Assembly: GCA_035221665.1 (NCBI GenBank)
Contig: CM069154.1
Span: forward strand, 14,074,001-14,138,000
Reading direction: 5' to 3'
From: Okamejei kenojei
Lineage: Eukaryota
Length of the DNA: 64,000 bases
The notes below the pieces were generated by a model. The model made no database searches and was not told the DNA's origin. It was given only the letters and a program-made list of their open reading frames with translations. Positions within the stretch are counted from its first letter, which is position 1. Each line of letters begins with the position of its first letter. The translations under genes were made by a program, and so were the position numbers. Below, piece by piece: positions 61,041 to 64,000 of the stretch.

Positions 61041-61189
61041 AGTTTAGTTTAGTTTATTATTGTCAGGTACAGTGTGAAGCTTTTTTGTCATCCAGTCGGT
61101 ATACACAATTACAATCAGGCCGTCTATAGTGACCCACTGTGCTGTCATTTTCATCAGATGGTTTTTGGTCAAACATGCTGACATTGTTG

Positions 61190-61225
61190 AGGTCTGAAGA
61201 AGGATTCCGACCCGAAACGTCACCT
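61190..61225 (+). ncRNA. Minimal hammerhead-ribozyme-like motif (representative of many Penelope-end copies)
   Basis: AGGT-CTGAAGA-AGGATTCCGACCC-GAAAC-GTC-ACCT contains the CUGANGA and GAAA cores, a GUC triplet and helix I AGGT/ACCT. Stem II has a mismatch. Confidence 0.55.
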
Positions 61226-61480
61226 ATCCATATTCTCCAGAGATGCTGCCTGACCCACTGAGTTACTCCAGCATTTTGTGTCCTTTTGTGTAAACCAGCA
61301 TTTCTACACCGACATTGTTCCTTTACTAATCGCCCCTCGGCATATTTATGGAAAGCCCTTTTTAAATTCTCATTTCCTTGACATAATTCGATGAATAATT
61401 TGCATTGAACCAGGCCAGTTAGCTCAGCTCCCTTTCTCTGTCGCCCAGAAAGGTCGGAAGAGAAGGATCATCGCGTTGAG

Positions 61481-61708
61481 ATGGCAGAGCGAGATAACAT
61501 GAATCCCAAGGCCCATAAGTTTTCCCGGGACAGCCGGAGGACGGCGAGGCGCAGGAGGAATTTACCTGAATCCCAGGAGCCCAAGGTCGAGGAGGACAAG
61601 GGGGAGAAGCAGACCTTCGGGGAGAAGTTCGTCCTGGAGAAGGTCCATGAGTTCTTCGAGGAGTGCGGCGTGGGTGAGAGGGGCTTTATCACACGGGAAG
61701 ACATGCAG
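61481..61708 (+). CDS. RAB44: RAB44 (EF-hand large Rab) first coding exon
   Basis: HEFFEECGVGERGFITREDMQ resembles the RAB44 EF-hand (FFQDCGAKERGFVTREDL). Acceptor at 61448, CAG|GTAAG donor, and CDKN1A synteny. Confidence 0.82.
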
Positions 61709-63124
61709 GTAAGATATCTCCACTGCCCTCTCTCCTGTCTCACCCCCCACACCACTGTGTCACCAAGACATGGAGCGCTCCATAACAAATAATTAAATTA
61801 AACTAAATACAGACCCTCCCTGGGTTACAGATGCCCAACTTATGGACACCCCTGCATATGAACAAGCTCCCATAATATTATTAAATTCAAAAGTCCTATC
61901 GAGGTACAAATGTTTGCTCTTATAATCAGCAGAACTAGCTTCTTCCTGTACTCCACCTTTAGTAATTGTTCCTATCAGTATTATTATGGTTCTGGAGCCA
62001 TTCATTACAATACTGTGGAGGTATACAACACTGCCTAGTTGAGGTCTGCTATATGATTTTACGGGTTTCACTGAATCTAGGTACATGTGACCATAAAGTA
62101 TAAAGTATCCTTTATTCAGGTGCGGTTACCCAATCAATTGATCTTTCTGTGTTTTCTAACTGATGGACAAAGTTGACTGACAAAGTTCTGTAAAAACACA
62201 ACCCTTTCATTATCTAGGCAAGGCTGGCTTACACTGCAGCAAATAATAAGTGTGGAGAATTACATTAGTTAACACCAGAAGCTAATAGAAAAACCCCCCA
62301 TCAAAATGCAGACACCAGAACTCTGAAATATAGATAGAAACTGTTTAAATAGGTCAGGCCAGATATGTGGGAAGAAAGGTTCAGGATGAAAAGCCTTCAT
62401 GGGAACAACCCACCTCACCCAATAGCACCATAGAGCTATTTACCTCCTATTGTGTGTTTTCACAATTCTGCGCCTCTTGTCTGATGGGAGAGGGGAGAAG
62501 AGGGAGATTCCGGGGCGAGACCTGTCCCTGATTATGTTGGTGGCCTTGCCGAGGCAACGTGAATTGACCTCAATTCTCTGCAATTCATTGCGGTCTCTGC
62601 CATCTACCATCATTTAGGTAATATGCTTTATATAAAAATGGATTTCCACCAATTTCACTTTTCCCCGGCAATAAACTCAATTTGCCCCTCTGTTAACCTC
62701 TCCATGTCCTCTTGTGGCCTCCTTTTGTCTTCCTCACAACTCACTTTCCCGCTTACCTTGGTGTCATCAGTGAATTCAATTATCATACCTTTATTGCTTT
62801 CAGCAAATAGTGTGAAGTATTGTACAGTTGAGGTCTCAGCTGTGATCCCGAGGGCACAACATTTGCAGCATCCCACCAACCCGAGAAAGATCAAAGAATG
62901 CTTCCCCTCTATCACACCTTATTTGGTCAATCTTCTATCCCCAGGTTAACATGTTGCCTCCTGCACCAGGAGCTTTACTGTTTGCATGTGTGCATGATGG
63001 TAGTTTCTGTGCTTGCACTTGTGTGTGCATGCATGCGTGTATGTGTCAGAGCATCAATGCATGCCTGCGAACATTTTTACAATTATGCATGCCCACACAA
63101 ATGCACGTGCCTGCTTGATTTTAT

Positions 63125-63490
63125 AGACAATAGACAATAAACAACAGACAATAGGTGCAGGAGGAGGCCATTCAGCCCTTCGAGCCAGCACCGCCATTCA
63201 ATGTGCTCATGGCTGATCATCCCCAATCAGTACCCCGTTCCTGCCTTCTCCCCATATCCCCTGACTCCACTATTTTAAAGAGCCCTATGTAGCTCTCTAA
63301 TGAAAGCATCCAGAGAACATGCCTCCACCGCCCTCTGAGGCAGAGAATTCCACAGACTCACCACTCTCTGTGAGAAAAAGTGTTTCCTCGTCTCTGTTCT
63401 AAATGGCTTACTCCATATTCTTAAACTGTGGCCCCTGGTTCTGGACTCCTCCAACATCGGGAACATGTTTCCTGCCTCTAACGTTTCCGA
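63125..63490 (-). mobile_element. CR1 3' end
   Basis: Peptides RTRGHSLRI and FFSQRVVSLWNSLPQRAVEA. Tail (ACAATAG)n. Confidence 0.8.
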
Positions 63491-63612
63491 ACCCATGCGT
63501 TTGTGTACCTGTGAGAGCGTCAATACACCCATGCTAACATTGTTGCAAGCATGCATGTCCCAGTGTGTGCGTGTGGCTGCATGATTCTACCGCTGTCTCG
63601 ATCTATCAACAG

Positions 63613-63724
63613 AAGCTGCAGCAGAAGTTTCCCTTCAGTTCAGAGGAGTTGGAGATGGTGTTTGATAAGCTGGATGTGGACAACATAGGCATTCTGACCC
63701 CTGAACAGCTTACTGAGGGGCTGA
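63613..63724 (+). CDS. RAB44: RAB44 second coding exon (second EF-hand)
   Basis: CAACAG acceptor, A|GTAAGT donor, phase 0/1. Encodes KLQQKFPFSSEELEMVFDKLDVDNIGILTPEQLTEGL. The gene continues beyond the window. Confidence 0.85.
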
Positions 63725-63829
63725 GTAAGTTCAGAATAAAACTCTGTAAACTCTCTTTACTTTACTTTAGAAATACAGTTGGAAACAGGCTCTTTGGCCC
63801 ACTGAGTCCGTACTGAGTGTGGACAATGA

Positions 63830-63930
63830 GGAGAGAGTGTGGAGGATGGGGGGGAGAGTGTGGACACGGGGAGAGTGTGGACACGGGGAGAGTGTGGACA
63901 CGGGGAGAGTGTGGACACGGGGAGAGAGGG
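63830..63930. repeat. 18-bp tandem repeat (GGGGAGAGTGTGGACACG)
   Basis: Direct inspection. Confidence 0.85.
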
Positions 63931-64000
63931 TGTGGAAAGTAGTGTGTGACACTGGAGAATGATGAACCCAGAGCTCGGTTGATCTACTGGGAACCACCAA

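Noticed and set aside
61808-61890. Possible Tigger-like terminal sequence (TACAG..CCC..GTTAC..ACTTA)
   Set aside because: Matching second terminus not found; too degraded to call.
61481-63724. Alternative identity as CRACR2A/B or RASEF
   Set aside because: Not formally excluded, but the EF-hand sequence and linkage to CDKN1A fit RAB44 better.

Overview
Eukaryotic, repeat-rich vertebrate genomic DNA, most likely a cartilaginous fish (skate/ray type), inferred from abundant HE1-like tRNA SINEs with (TAAAC)n tails plus CR1 and Penelope families. Three intron-containing genes can be assembled by hand. (1) CDKN1A/p21 on +, coding exons 7177-7179, 12277-12658 and 16601-16656 (146 aa), with a clustered p53-type element in intron 1. 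(2) An unnamed gene on -, with 12 phase-consistent exons from 46364 to 27164 plus a tentative last exon (25653-25509). It encodes a type I membrane protein of about 616 aa: signal peptide, atypical CUB, two FN3, a uroplakin-3/PTPRQ-like juxtamembrane domain, TM and a short tail. It lies between CDKN1A and RAB44, which are near neighbours in human. (3) The first EF-hand exons of RAB44 on + (61481 onward). The rest is mobile DNA: a structurally complete DIRS element (1742-6100), Penelope-like elements with many hammerhead-ribozyme-like ends, CR1, L1, Tx1 and Rex1-like fragments, a short RTE-derived element, MITEs, SINEs and tandem repeats. All calls come from reading the sequence; no database searches were run.
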